Shown one piece after another: positions 55,801 to 64,000 of a stretch of 64,000 nucleotides of DNA; within the stretch, counting starts at the first letter, position 1; each line of letters opens with the position of its first letter. The stretch lies in the IMG/VR virus record IMGVR_UViG_3300009103_000001, positions 62,001-126,000 of that record; one strand, 5' to 3'. The position numbers and the translations under genes are program-made. The notes under the pieces were generated by a model. That model was not told where the DNA came from and ran no database searches. It saw nothing but the letters and a program-made list of their open reading frames with translations.

Positions 55801-57303
55801 TTAACACCAATCTTTTTCAGAAACAATTTCAAATTGTATAATATCGTGATAAGTTCTAATCTGACTACCAGATTCTAATTTAAATTCAATATAATAATCA
55901 TTAGGTATAAACCACGAAGTATCAATTAAGAAATAATTACTATCTTCAGTTCTATTAACTTCTTTCCAATCAATATATTCTATTTGAGTCTCACCCTCTT
56001 TAATATAAATTCTATAATATATTTTATCTATTAGTTGATAGTGTGTTGTATATGGTATAAAAGCTTGTATACCAACTCTTCTTGTATCACCACGTTTTAT
56101 TTTTTCTTTACGTTTAATACCGTCAAAAGAAAAATGGTAGTCATATATTGATATGTTATGGTCATTACCAACGCCTTGGCCACTTTTATCGGCAGAACCT
56201 ATATTATAATAAGAATCACTATCTTTAACAATAAATTCTAATTCAACATCACCTAAATCTTTACCGTTAATAATAACATTATTCCAAACATCTCTAAACA
56301 TTATATTACCACAATACCCACTAATAGGGTTATCACTTACATTTAAATTAATATAGTAAACACCAGTTGTTGTTTGGTTTATTTCAGAAGAAGTAAATGT
56401 TTGATAGGTATTATCATTTTGGTCATATACTGTAACACCCGAAATAATTGCATTAACACGTTCTCCACCCGCATTAACGTATAAGTAGAGTCTGTTATCC
56501 TTATCCAGGTAGAACTCACACCTATCGTCTTTAATTAGGTCATTATAGACAGTTTCCATATATGGTTCATATACTGTTTGTGTGTCTCTTGTAAAAAACC
56601 CAACATAACACATATCATCTTGTAAAGCAGTTTCTAAACTATAACTAAAAGCTATACCCATATTACAGTTTGTAACACCACTACTAATTAACCCATTAAC
56701 ATAATCAGAAACATCAACACAAAAATTTTCATCCCCATGGTCAAAATGTTGGGTGCCTTTAATAAGATTTATTGTAGTACCAGTATACCCAGTTGTAGAA
56801 CCAGAGTACCACATTGATGGGTTAGTGTATACACCATTTTGTGACCAATTAACATTACTTTGTCTTTCTTCCCAATTAGCCGGACCTTCACAATATGCTT
56901 GGTCACCTAACTGACAAGTTAATGCTTTAACCTCAACATAATCATAACCATCACCTTCGTCCCAAACTTCTGGAACTTCAAATAATATTAAGTCAAAACC
57001 AGTAGCTCTTTTAATTTCACCACAAGAACTACTTACTTTTTTACAATATGTTTCTTTATCAAAACAAGAAGTATTAGTTATGTTTATTTTATGGGTCATA
57101 CCAGTTAAACTATATTCTTTAGTATCAACCCTATCAATTAACTCTGTTAAATCTAGATTAAATATATATCTAGAATATTTTAAATCATCTAATTTTGTAG
57201 AACCCCCATGGAAAATTTCGGCAATTGGGTTCCTACCTGTATTTACACAAGAGTTTCTAACTAATACAGTATCTTTATTAAAATATGTTCTGAGTATACT
57301 CAT
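55801..57303 (-). CDS. Putative virion structural protein (Cys-rich, beta-rich)
   Basis: 500 aa; late motif on the minus strand at 57319-57327. Confidence 0.75.
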   Translation of the reverse strand: MSILRTYFNKDTVLVRNSCVNTGRNPIAEIFHGGSTKLDDLKYSRYIFNLDLTELIDRVDTKEYSLTGMTHKINITNTSCFDKETYCKKVSSSCGEIKRATGFDLILFEVPEVWDEGDGYDYVEVKALTCQLGDQAYCEGPANWEERQSNVNWSQNGVYTNPSMWYSGSTTGYTGTTINLIKGTQHFDHGDENFCVDVSDYVNGLISSGVTNCNMGIAFSYSLETALQDDMCYVGFFTRDTQTVYEPYMETVYNDLIKDDRCEFYLDKDNRLYLYVNAGGERVNAIISGVTVYDQNDNTYQTFTSSEINQTTTGVYYINLNVSDNPISGYCGNIMFRDVWNNVIINGKDLGDVELEFIVKDSDSYYNIGSADKSGQGVGNDHNISIYDYHFSFDGIKRKEKIKRGDTRRVGIQAFIPYTTHYQLIDKIYYRIYIKEGETQIEYIDWKEVNRTEDSNYFLIDTSWFIPNDYYIEFKLESGSQIRTYHDIIQFEIVSEKDWC

Positions 57304-57346
57304 TAAAATTGTTTATTAATAAATATCTTAAAATATTGTAATATAA

Positions 57347-58699
57347 TTAAAACTCAGGAATTTCATTTAATGTTGGTATTTTAACAAATTGGTATTGCTG
57401 TATTTTATTCTCGTTAATAAAATTTAAAAAATTATTCATTAATACACCGTACGCCCCAACTAAGTTATTATCCGTACCTTTAAGTTCAGTAACTAAAGAG
57501 GCGTCTATAATATTTTCTATCATAAAAGAAACTTCAGATATTCCATTATTAGATAATTTTTTAGCTTTAATATTATAAAACGGTTGTTTTAATTCATCAC
57601 CCCTAACTATTGCTGGGTCATTAGTAATTATATTTTTATCAATTTTAGATAATATATTTGATGAGTTATTTAATATATCACCACCAGCAAAAATATTACT
57701 ACTATTTAACTTAGGTAATTCAGTTAACATCCAATTCTGTAATTCTATGTATGATGGTATTGCAGGATTTTGTTGTACATTATGATATGGGTGTGTATGT
57801 GTTTTAACCCAGTTAAATAATTTATTTATAAAATCTTTTAGTATGTCACCATATACTAGTGGGTGTAAAGATTGTTCTAAATTAACTTGTTCTTCTTCAG
57901 ATATTTCTGGTTTAACAATACTTGAATTATCATCTCTACCTATTAAAAATATTTTATTAGCGACAGCATTTATATCTGTTCTAGTTTCTTTAGAGTTATT
58001 AATAGACTCTTGGTTAAAAAATGATAAGTTAGAAAAATTAGGTACTGTTTTAACATCACCTAAACTACTTGGGTTTATAGTTCTTAATTGTAAATAAGCT
58101 GGATTTTTTTTATTTTTAACATCTGGTTTATCTGGAGAAAATTTAGCTACTCTAATTAAAATTTCAGAATTTTTAAATATTATATCTGAGTTATTTCTAC
58201 CTTGAATAGCTATTTCATCTTTTTTTGGGTATACAGGCATAATACTGTCTTGTAACCCAGGTATTTTATCTATAGATTTTTTAAATGGTAAACCTGGGCC
58301 AGGTGGAAATAACCCACTTGGATATAAACTACCATCTTTTAAATCTTGTTTTTGTGCTATTATTGGACCTATATATTCTCTATCAATACCGTTAGTATCG
58401 TCTAAATTAAAAAATATAACTTTAACTTGTTCTTGGGGTTTGGGTACAATATTTAAATGTAATGGTAAAAATGGTTTACATATAAATAAGTCTTTTTTTT
58501 GTACTTTTTTACCACTTTCACCCAAATATTTATCAGTACTTTCAATTAAAACTTTTATTCTACCCGCGCCATTTGGGTCATCCCAATCTTGAACAGTTCC
58601 TATATGTATTATTTTAGAACCTAATTGAGCATCTTTAGGAGAATTACCTGAACCACCTTTAGAACCAAATGGACCTAATGAATAATTTCTTGTTGCCAT
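57347..58699 (-). CDS. Baseplate central spike (gp5/gpV-like)
   Basis: OB-fold signature DDPNGAGRIKV...VPKPQEQVKVIF...YIG; THTHPYH spike-tip motif. Confidence 0.75.
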   Translation of the reverse strand: MATRNYSLGPFGSKGGSGNSPKDAQLGSKIIHIGTVQDWDDPNGAGRIKVLIESTDKYLGESGKKVQKKDLFICKPFLPLHLNIVPKPQEQVKVIFFNLDDTNGIDREYIGPIIAQKQDLKDGSLYPSGLFPPGPGLPFKKSIDKIPGLQDSIMPVYPKKDEIAIQGRNNSDIIFKNSEILIRVAKFSPDKPDVKNKKNPAYLQLRTINPSSLGDVKTVPNFSNLSFFNQESINNSKETRTDINAVANKIFLIGRDDNSSIVKPEISEEEQVNLEQSLHPLVYGDILKDFINKLFNWVKTHTHPYHNVQQNPAIPSYIELQNWMLTELPKLNSSNIFAGGDILNNSSNILSKIDKNIITNDPAIVRGDELKQPFYNIKAKKLSNNGISEVSFMIENIIDASLVTELKGTDNNLVGAYGVLMNNFLNFINENKIQQYQFVKIPTLNEIPEF

Positions 58700-58703
58700 A
58701 TTA

Positions 58704-58886
58704 CTATATTTCTATACCTCTATCTTTTAATTCTTTAATAACTATACTATAGTTTTCTTTTATATTACTCCAATGGTTAGATTTTTTTAATAATTCTAAT
58801 CTAACAAATTCATAATCTTCTCTTAGTTTTACTTTAAGTTCTAAAAGTTCCTTATTACTTTTTTTATTTATATCTTTAATTTTCAT
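58704..58886 (-). CDS. Small coiled-coil hypothetical protein
   Basis: 60 aa, coupled within the operon. Confidence 0.65.
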   Translation of the reverse strand: MKIKDINKKSNKELLELKVKLREDYEFVRLELLKKSNHWSNIKENYSIVIKELKDRGIEI

Positions 58887-59329
58887 TAATATATTTGTCC
58901 TTGTCCCGCTGGAATACCTAATATTGTACCGAAAACTTGTATTGGGCCTCCCGCATTACCACCTGTAGCTTGAATTTGTGAACCAGGTCTTATACCAACA
59001 TCAATTCTAGCTTCTGTTGTTAAGGCTTTTACTATTTCTTCCATCCTTATCTTTTCCATAATTTCGTCTGGAGCAACATCTCCACCAACTAAGGGGCCAA
59101 CAGGTAGTCCAGCCTCACTTTTTCTTTGTATTATTCTAGCTGCTATTTTATCTGGTGATAAACCTGGTTTATTTTTTCCAGTAAAAGCTATAATTTGTGG
59201 GGGTACTGATTGGTTTGGTATATTTGGTAATCTAAATAAATTTAATAATTCATTTAATATTGATTTTGAACTTTTAAAGTTAACCTTACCAAACTCTTCT
59301 GATTGTTTACATTTTACTTTATTACTCAT
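58886..59329 (-). CDS. Hypothetical baseplate-region protein
   Basis: 147 aa, Gly/Pro-rich C-terminus. Confidence 0.75.
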   Translation of the reverse strand: MSNKVKCKQSEEFGKVNFKSSKSILNELLNLFRLPNIPNQSVPPQIIAFTGKNKPGLSPDKIAARIIQRKSEAGLPVGPLVGGDVAPDEIMEKIRMEEIVKALTTEARIDVGIRPGSQIQATGGNAGGPIQVFGTILGIPAGQGQIY

Positions 59330-59344
59330 CTTATTATTTTTTTT

Positions 59345-60907
59345 TTAAACGTTATTAGTTACTTTTGGTGCTGGTAATTTTTCCATTGTACCATCTTTAA
59401 CTCCAGCTTTTTTTATAGTATAACTAACTATGATTTCTTTAATTTTTTTAATAGCTTTAGCAATTATTATTAAAGCTTGTTTTTGTATTAATTTAATTAT
59501 TTCTCTTTTTAATATTTTAAAAACAATTTCTGTTAAAGCGGCTAAAGCCTCTCTACCAATATATTCAAAAAATATAGGATTAGATTTTATAAATTCTGAA
59601 CTTTTTGTTGGTAAATTATTTAAACTACTAGCTCCATTAACCATAGAATTTGATAATTGATAGAAACACATAACTTTTGGTGTTAATATTGTCATATTCA
59701 TTATAGTTTTTGGTATTGAGGTTATTAAATCCTCCATTATTTTTTTCTGAGCTGATTCACTATTTTCAGGACCAACTTCTGTAGCTATTTGTGTACCAAC
59801 ACTTTTAAGTATATTATCTATGTTTTTTGTAATTTCTATATCATTACTCAAGTCAGTTAAAACTAAACCATTGATTGTTGTGTTAGTAGTACTCACTATC
59901 CCACACCCAACATCTAAATCATTAATACCATTTTTTCTTTGTCTTGCAGCATTTTCTATTTCAAAAATTTCATCATTTGAGAAAGAGAAAAAACTATTAT
60001 CAAAAACAATATCGTCTTCACACGGGTCAGTATTAAGAATATTATCTAACATTTTATTAGATAATTGTTCATCGGTTAATTCATCTAAACTTTTACCTAA
60101 TTCAGCGTCTAAATTACCAAAGACAGTATTAAGCATATTAGCCATAAAATTTTTTTTATCAAAAATTTCTAAACTATCAACAAAATCTCTAGAAAATTCA
60201 TTATATGTTTTATTATTATAATTACTGTTTATTTGTAGATTGATTTGGGCTGGTGCAATGAATTGTAAATCTAAGAGGTCACCATTAGGTCCAGACCAAG
60301 TTTCTACATTACCAGGGGTTTGTATAGTATTATATAAAAACCTATTAAAATCTTTAGATGGTTCACCATACATAAATGACGATAATGACGAATCTGGGTC
60401 ACTTTTCAACATACTACTAAAATCTACAGTTTGTAAATCTAAAAAAATGCTATTATTTTGTGGTAAAGTAAAATTTGACCCACATACAATAGATTCTTTT
60501 GTCCCAACCAGAATAGCGTCTTTAACAATATTAATTAATCTTGGATAAAATGTGGTTAAAACTTCTTTTAAGATGTCAGGCATCCCACTATTATTTATAG
60601 TTCTAGGGACTGCTGATTTTAAGTTACCTATATTTGGTTTTTTAGGTAGATTAAAGTTACCTTTATCAACCTTACTTAATGATTTTTTCTTTTTTTTTAT
60701 TTTTTTACCCTTTTCATTACTTTCATTATTTTCTTCTTTAGTCATACCTAAAGTTTCTAATAAAAAAGGTAATATATTTTTTTTCTTATCTTTTACACTA
60801 TCAATAGAGGATGTTTTTCCACCTGGAGGTAATTTAGGTAAATCAATAATAGTTTTATTTATACCGAGTTCAGCAATTATATTTTCCTTGTCTTGTATAA
60901 AACCCAT
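59345..60907 (-). CDS. Hypothetical late protein (520 aa)
   Basis: Long ORF in the late minus-strand operon. Confidence 0.8.
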   Translation of the reverse strand: MGFIQDKENIIAELGINKTIIDLPKLPPGGKTSSIDSVKDKKKNILPFLLETLGMTKEENNESNEKGKKIKKKKKSLSKVDKGNFNLPKKPNIGNLKSAVPRTINNSGMPDILKEVLTTFYPRLINIVKDAILVGTKESIVCGSNFTLPQNNSIFLDLQTVDFSSMLKSDPDSSLSSFMYGEPSKDFNRFLYNTIQTPGNVETWSGPNGDLLDLQFIAPAQINLQINSNYNNKTYNEFSRDFVDSLEIFDKKNFMANMLNTVFGNLDAELGKSLDELTDEQLSNKMLDNILNTDPCEDDIVFDNSFFSFSNDEIFEIENAARQRKNGINDLDVGCGIVSTTNTTINGLVLTDLSNDIEITKNIDNILKSVGTQIATEVGPENSESAQKKIMEDLITSIPKTIMNMTILTPKVMCFYQLSNSMVNGASSLNNLPTKSSEFIKSNPIFFEYIGREALAALTEIVFKILKREIIKLIQKQALIIIAKAIKKIKEIIVSYTIKKAGVKDGTMEKLPAPKVTNNV

Positions 60908-61260
60908 TATTTATCATCTTTTTTATCAAATAATTCTCTTAATAGGTCCATGTCTTCTGGATTTAAACTATCATTGTTGATATCATTAATCACATCACCT
61001 TTAAACACTAACTGACTCATTAGTTTTATTAATGATAATTTTTTATCTATAGTACTATCAATTAATTTTAATAAATCTGTATTAGCTTTATTTAAGTTAA
61101 CTAGGTCATGCATATCTTCTATGTCAACCTTTTTTTTATTTTCGTTAACTTGTCTAATAGCGGTACTTCTTTGTTCCACTAACTCATTATAAGCTTCTTG
61201 AGCCATACCCAAAAAACTATCTGTAGTGATTTTAACTTGTTTTTTTCTTGGTCGTGCCAT
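60907..61260 (-). CDS. Hypothetical coiled-coil late protein
   Basis: Late motif on the minus strand at 61275-61283. Confidence 0.75.
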   Translation of the reverse strand: MARPRKKQVKITTDSFLGMAQEAYNELVEQRSTAIRQVNENKKKVDIEDMHDLVNLNKANTDLLKLIDSTIDKKLSLIKLMSQLVFKGDVINDINNDSLNPEDMDLLRELFDKKDDK

Positions 61261-61296
61261 AATCTTTTTTATAAATAAATATCTATTATGACGATT

Positions 61297-62079
61297 TTAA
61301 AAAGTTTCTTCTTTAAGTATTGTATATATTATTTTATATCTTTTCATGGCATTTCTAATGTCTTTTGTTGATAATGCCGTTAATTCTCGCATATAATATA
61401 ATATAAGGTTTTTATTAAACTTATTTTTACCAGGGACATTATCATCGTCAAATAAATTTTCCCAACCATCTAGTATAGATACAAGCGCTTTACCTACTTT
61501 CTTTTCATTTTCATTTAAAACTTTTTCAGACATTTCGTCTTTAATGGAATTAGATATTTTTCCAATAAACTCATTTAAATTAATGTTACCATCATCTATT
61601 GTATATTGTAAATCATCTATTTTTTCGACATCGGGTATTACGTCATCAAAATTATAATTTTGTTTAAGTCTTTTATCTTCTTTTATTAATTTACCTAAAA
61701 GATAATGTTTAACTACTGTACCATAATAAGAATAAGATTTTTTGTTTTTATCTGGTTTAAATTTATGAAATTTTACATGTAAAAAACTAAGAGTATCAGC
61801 ATGTAAATCTTCATACTCCATAGTTTTAGAATATAGTTTATACCTCCTTATTATACTTTCAACCATTTTATTTAATGGTGCTCTAAGTTTTTTAGAATAT
61901 AATTTATTTCTAAGTAAATCATCCTCTGTAGTTCCAGTCCATCTATACCCATCTTGTGTATTTGGGTCTTCTACTAATCCTCCAAGCTTTAAATATTTTT
62001 GTACAGCTTCTTCCTCTTCAGGACCAAAGTAAGGTTTTTTAGTTGGTTTTCTCCCCCTTCTCTTTGGTTTTTGTTCCAT
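61297..62079 (-). CDS. Phage sigma-like factor (T4 gp55-like late sigma candidate)
   Basis: EDLHADTLSFL...KFKPDKNKKSYSYYGTVVKHYL resembles sigma region 2 of gp55-type factors. Confidence 0.65.
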   Translation of the reverse strand: MEQKPKRRGRKPTKKPYFGPEEEEAVQKYLKLGGLVEDPNTQDGYRWTGTTEDDLLRNKLYSKKLRAPLNKMVESIIRRYKLYSKTMEYEDLHADTLSFLHVKFHKFKPDKNKKSYSYYGTVVKHYLLGKLIKEDKRLKQNYNFDDVIPDVEKIDDLQYTIDDGNINLNEFIGKISNSIKDEMSEKVLNENEKKVGKALVSILDGWENLFDDDNVPGKNKFNKNLILYYMRELTALSTKDIRNAMKRYKIIYTILKEETF

Positions 62080-62892
62080 TTATACGTTTTCTTCTTGCAT
62101 ATATTTTATTCCCCTATCTTGTTTAAAATAACATTCTTTTTTAGCCGTATTAAACCAAAATCTAGCCTCTAAGGGGTCGATTTTTTCTTCACCATTATAA
62201 TAATTAAAAAATAATGAATTTGGTCTCATATTTATTTTTTTATAACCAATCTTAGGTATGGTCATAATTTTTTTATCATAATATGTCATCCTTAAAAAGA
62301 ATTCATAAATGAATTGTAGTTTAATACTAGGTTTCAAACCACTAATAGATTCAAAAGCTTCTTTTTTGTATATACCACCAGAAAATTGGAAGTTTGGAAA
62401 ATTTAGTAATGAATCATTATCTAAGAAACCATGTCTATCTGAAAAATCTTTAGCCCAAACAGGTTCGTTTGTAAAATGTAAAAACTTACCTTCAACATTA
62501 GCGTCTAACACTATAGGTAAAAATACATCTACATCATCATAGTGTTCAACATATTTATTAAAACTATCAAACCATATTTTAGAATATTCATCATCAACTT
62601 CTAAAACAGAAAACCATTCTGTTTCGATTTTTGTTACACCGAAATTAATTTGTGAACAAAAATCAGTTTCACCATCATTTTCTACTATATCTAAAATATT
62701 TTTTATTTTTTCATCAAAATCAAATTCATTGATTATATTTTTAGCATCACCATCTTTTGGTACAACTAATAAAAGTTTTTTAGGTAATACTTTTTGTTCC
62801 CTAATACTACCAATAGCTTTAGCGAAATAATCTTTTTCATCTTCGTTTATTCTGTGTATTGGTATTATAACTGTTAAATCGTTTTTACTCAT
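62080..62892 (-). CDS. Glycosyltransferase family 2-like
   Basis: LTVIIP, AIGSIREQ, INFG and LEVDDEY (DxD-like) motifs. Confidence 0.8.
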   Translation of the reverse strand: MSKNDLTVIIPIHRINEDEKDYFAKAIGSIREQKVLPKKLLLVVPKDGDAKNIINEFDFDEKIKNILDIVENDGETDFCSQINFGVTKIETEWFSVLEVDDEYSKIWFDSFNKYVEHYDDVDVFLPIVLDANVEGKFLHFTNEPVWAKDFSDRHGFLDNDSLLNFPNFQFSGGIYKKEAFESISGLKPSIKLQFIYEFFLRMTYYDKKIMTIPKIGYKKINMRPNSLFFNYYNGEEKIDPLEARFWFNTAKKECYFKQDRGIKYMQEENV

Positions 62893-62899
62893 TTTATAT

Positions 62900-63979
62900 T
62901 TATTTTTGTTCTATTATTTCAGTTTCATTAAATTTCTCTAAACTAAGAGTAAATTCTTTAATAATTTTATTCCTTAAATTATCATAATATTCTTTAATAT
63001 TATTTTTTTGATTTTCTTCTGTGTAAGGCTCAACTGTTTTTTCCATTTCATCGTAAAGTTCTTTAGGTTCTAAATCTTCTAACCAAGCTTGAAAGTAATT
63101 ACCTAAAATATCTGTTATATTATTAACATTATTGGTCCACATACCATTTTTGTCTTCCATCCATTCTGGTACTAGATTAGGAACTTTACCTATAACTGGG
63201 ACACCACATTTCATTGATTCTAATGGAAATGTACCAAAACCTGATACATCATCAACCCAAATAGAAACACACGATTCAGATAAGTTTTTAGCAAATTTTT
63301 CTCTTGGCATTCCTCTTAAATCTCTAAAAGTAACCCATTTTAGGTGTGGGTATCTTATATAAAAACTTTTAAATATTTTAACAGTATCTCTTTGGTCTCT
63401 AGTAAAAATAGTTACGATAGGTTTTTTTGGTTTTTCATCCTTTTTAAAATATTCTGGTATAGATAATTTTACTATACCAACCTCCATATTAGGATTACCA
63501 AATAAACTTTCTACATATTCTTTTTGTTTATCAGAAGTTGTAATAACATCTCTAACATTATAATCAGCCCAAGTTTTACCTGGTTCTAACATTTCTAATA
63601 TATAATCATATGATTGTGACATAATCATTTTTCTACAAGGTAATTGTTTAATTTGTTCTAATATATTAGCAAAAATTTCTGGTACTATAACAACGTCAGA
63701 ACCACTAACTTTTAGTTGTTGTGATTCAATGGATAGGTGTGGTAGATTTGAATATTCTTCACCTAACCAAGTTACAACACTTGTATAATCATTTTTTTCA
63801 TGTAAAACATATGCTTTATATCCCAATTCATTTAACACTTTTACGTGTTCATATATGTTAGCCACACCGGCTGTGGGATTACCTTTAGTGTCCATAGTGA
63901 AAAAATATAAACCAAATTCTTTTTTTTCTAATTTAGATATATTTTCTTCAATTCTAGCTTTTATTTCATGTTGTTCCAT
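62900..63979 (-). CDS. Glycosyltransferase, GT-B fold (GT4-like)
   Basis: TAGVANIYEH, VIVPE and SGFGTFPLESMKCGVPVIG. Confidence 0.8.
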   Translation of the reverse strand: MEQHEIKARIEENISKLEKKEFGLYFFTMDTKGNPTAGVANIYEHVKVLNELGYKAYVLHEKNDYTSVVTWLGEEYSNLPHLSIESQQLKVSGSDVVIVPEIFANILEQIKQLPCRKMIMSQSYDYILEMLEPGKTWADYNVRDVITTSDKQKEYVESLFGNPNMEVGIVKLSIPEYFKKDEKPKKPIVTIFTRDQRDTVKIFKSFYIRYPHLKWVTFRDLRGMPREKFAKNLSESCVSIWVDDVSGFGTFPLESMKCGVPVIGKVPNLVPEWMEDKNGMWTNNVNNITDILGNYFQAWLEDLEPKELYDEMEKTVEPYTEENQKNNIKEYYDNLRNKIIKEFTLSLEKFNETEIIEQK

Positions 63980-64000
63980 ATTTATTTTTTTAATATAAGT

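Noticed and set aside
59430-60980. Plus-strand ORFs opposite the 520-aa gene (also 7846, 24689, 57843, 62309, 63132)
   Set aside because: Fully antisense to longer, better supported genes
1-64000. Stop-codon reassignment as seen in some large phages
   Set aside because: Core genes are full length under the standard code, and TAG and TGA both end genes at sensible positions
1-64000. tRNA or rRNA genes
   Set aside because: No cloverleaf or T-loop signatures were noticed in the short AT-rich intergenic gaps; a tRNAscan run would be needed to exclude them fully

Overview
Very AT-rich 64 kb segment of a large (jumbo-type) T4-superfamily-like myophage genome, read with the standard code. The host is probably Bacteroidota: there are canonical TTG-N19/20-TAnnTTTG promoters, no Shine-Dalgarno motifs and a DUF4494-like gene. 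The window holds the head module (terminase large subunit, portal, prohead protease, scaffold, major capsid), a neck protein, fibre/adhesin proteins with SHAEG beta-roll repeats and a gp5/gpV-like spike. It also carries lysis-type genes, host-like auxiliary genes (ClpC, glutamine synthetase II, sulfotransferase, two glycosyltransferases, SET domain, KTSC) and two sigma-like factors. A conserved ATATTTAT element precedes about 20 structural/late genes on both strands and is the probable late promoter. The most striking feature is a modular leader-plus-cargo system. More than 20 otherwise unrelated ORFs begin with related basic/amphipathic leaders ending in [IL]-x-E (KIIKLNENDIxxLVKKIIKE, IKKILKE-xxDFDW, ANKRLLKE), several of them near-identical in DNA. 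Some long ORFs are strings of ~100-aa modules joined by L/I-x-E-S-(D/E)-x(2-3)-W linkers. By analogy with T4 capsid-targeting sequences and gp21 cleavage after Glu, I infer a packaging and proteolytic-release system for capsid-carried proteins. Apparent cargo includes an ECF sigma factor, an HExxH peptidase, an OmpA-like protein and very acidic proteins. All functional calls come from motif recognition by eye; no database search was run.
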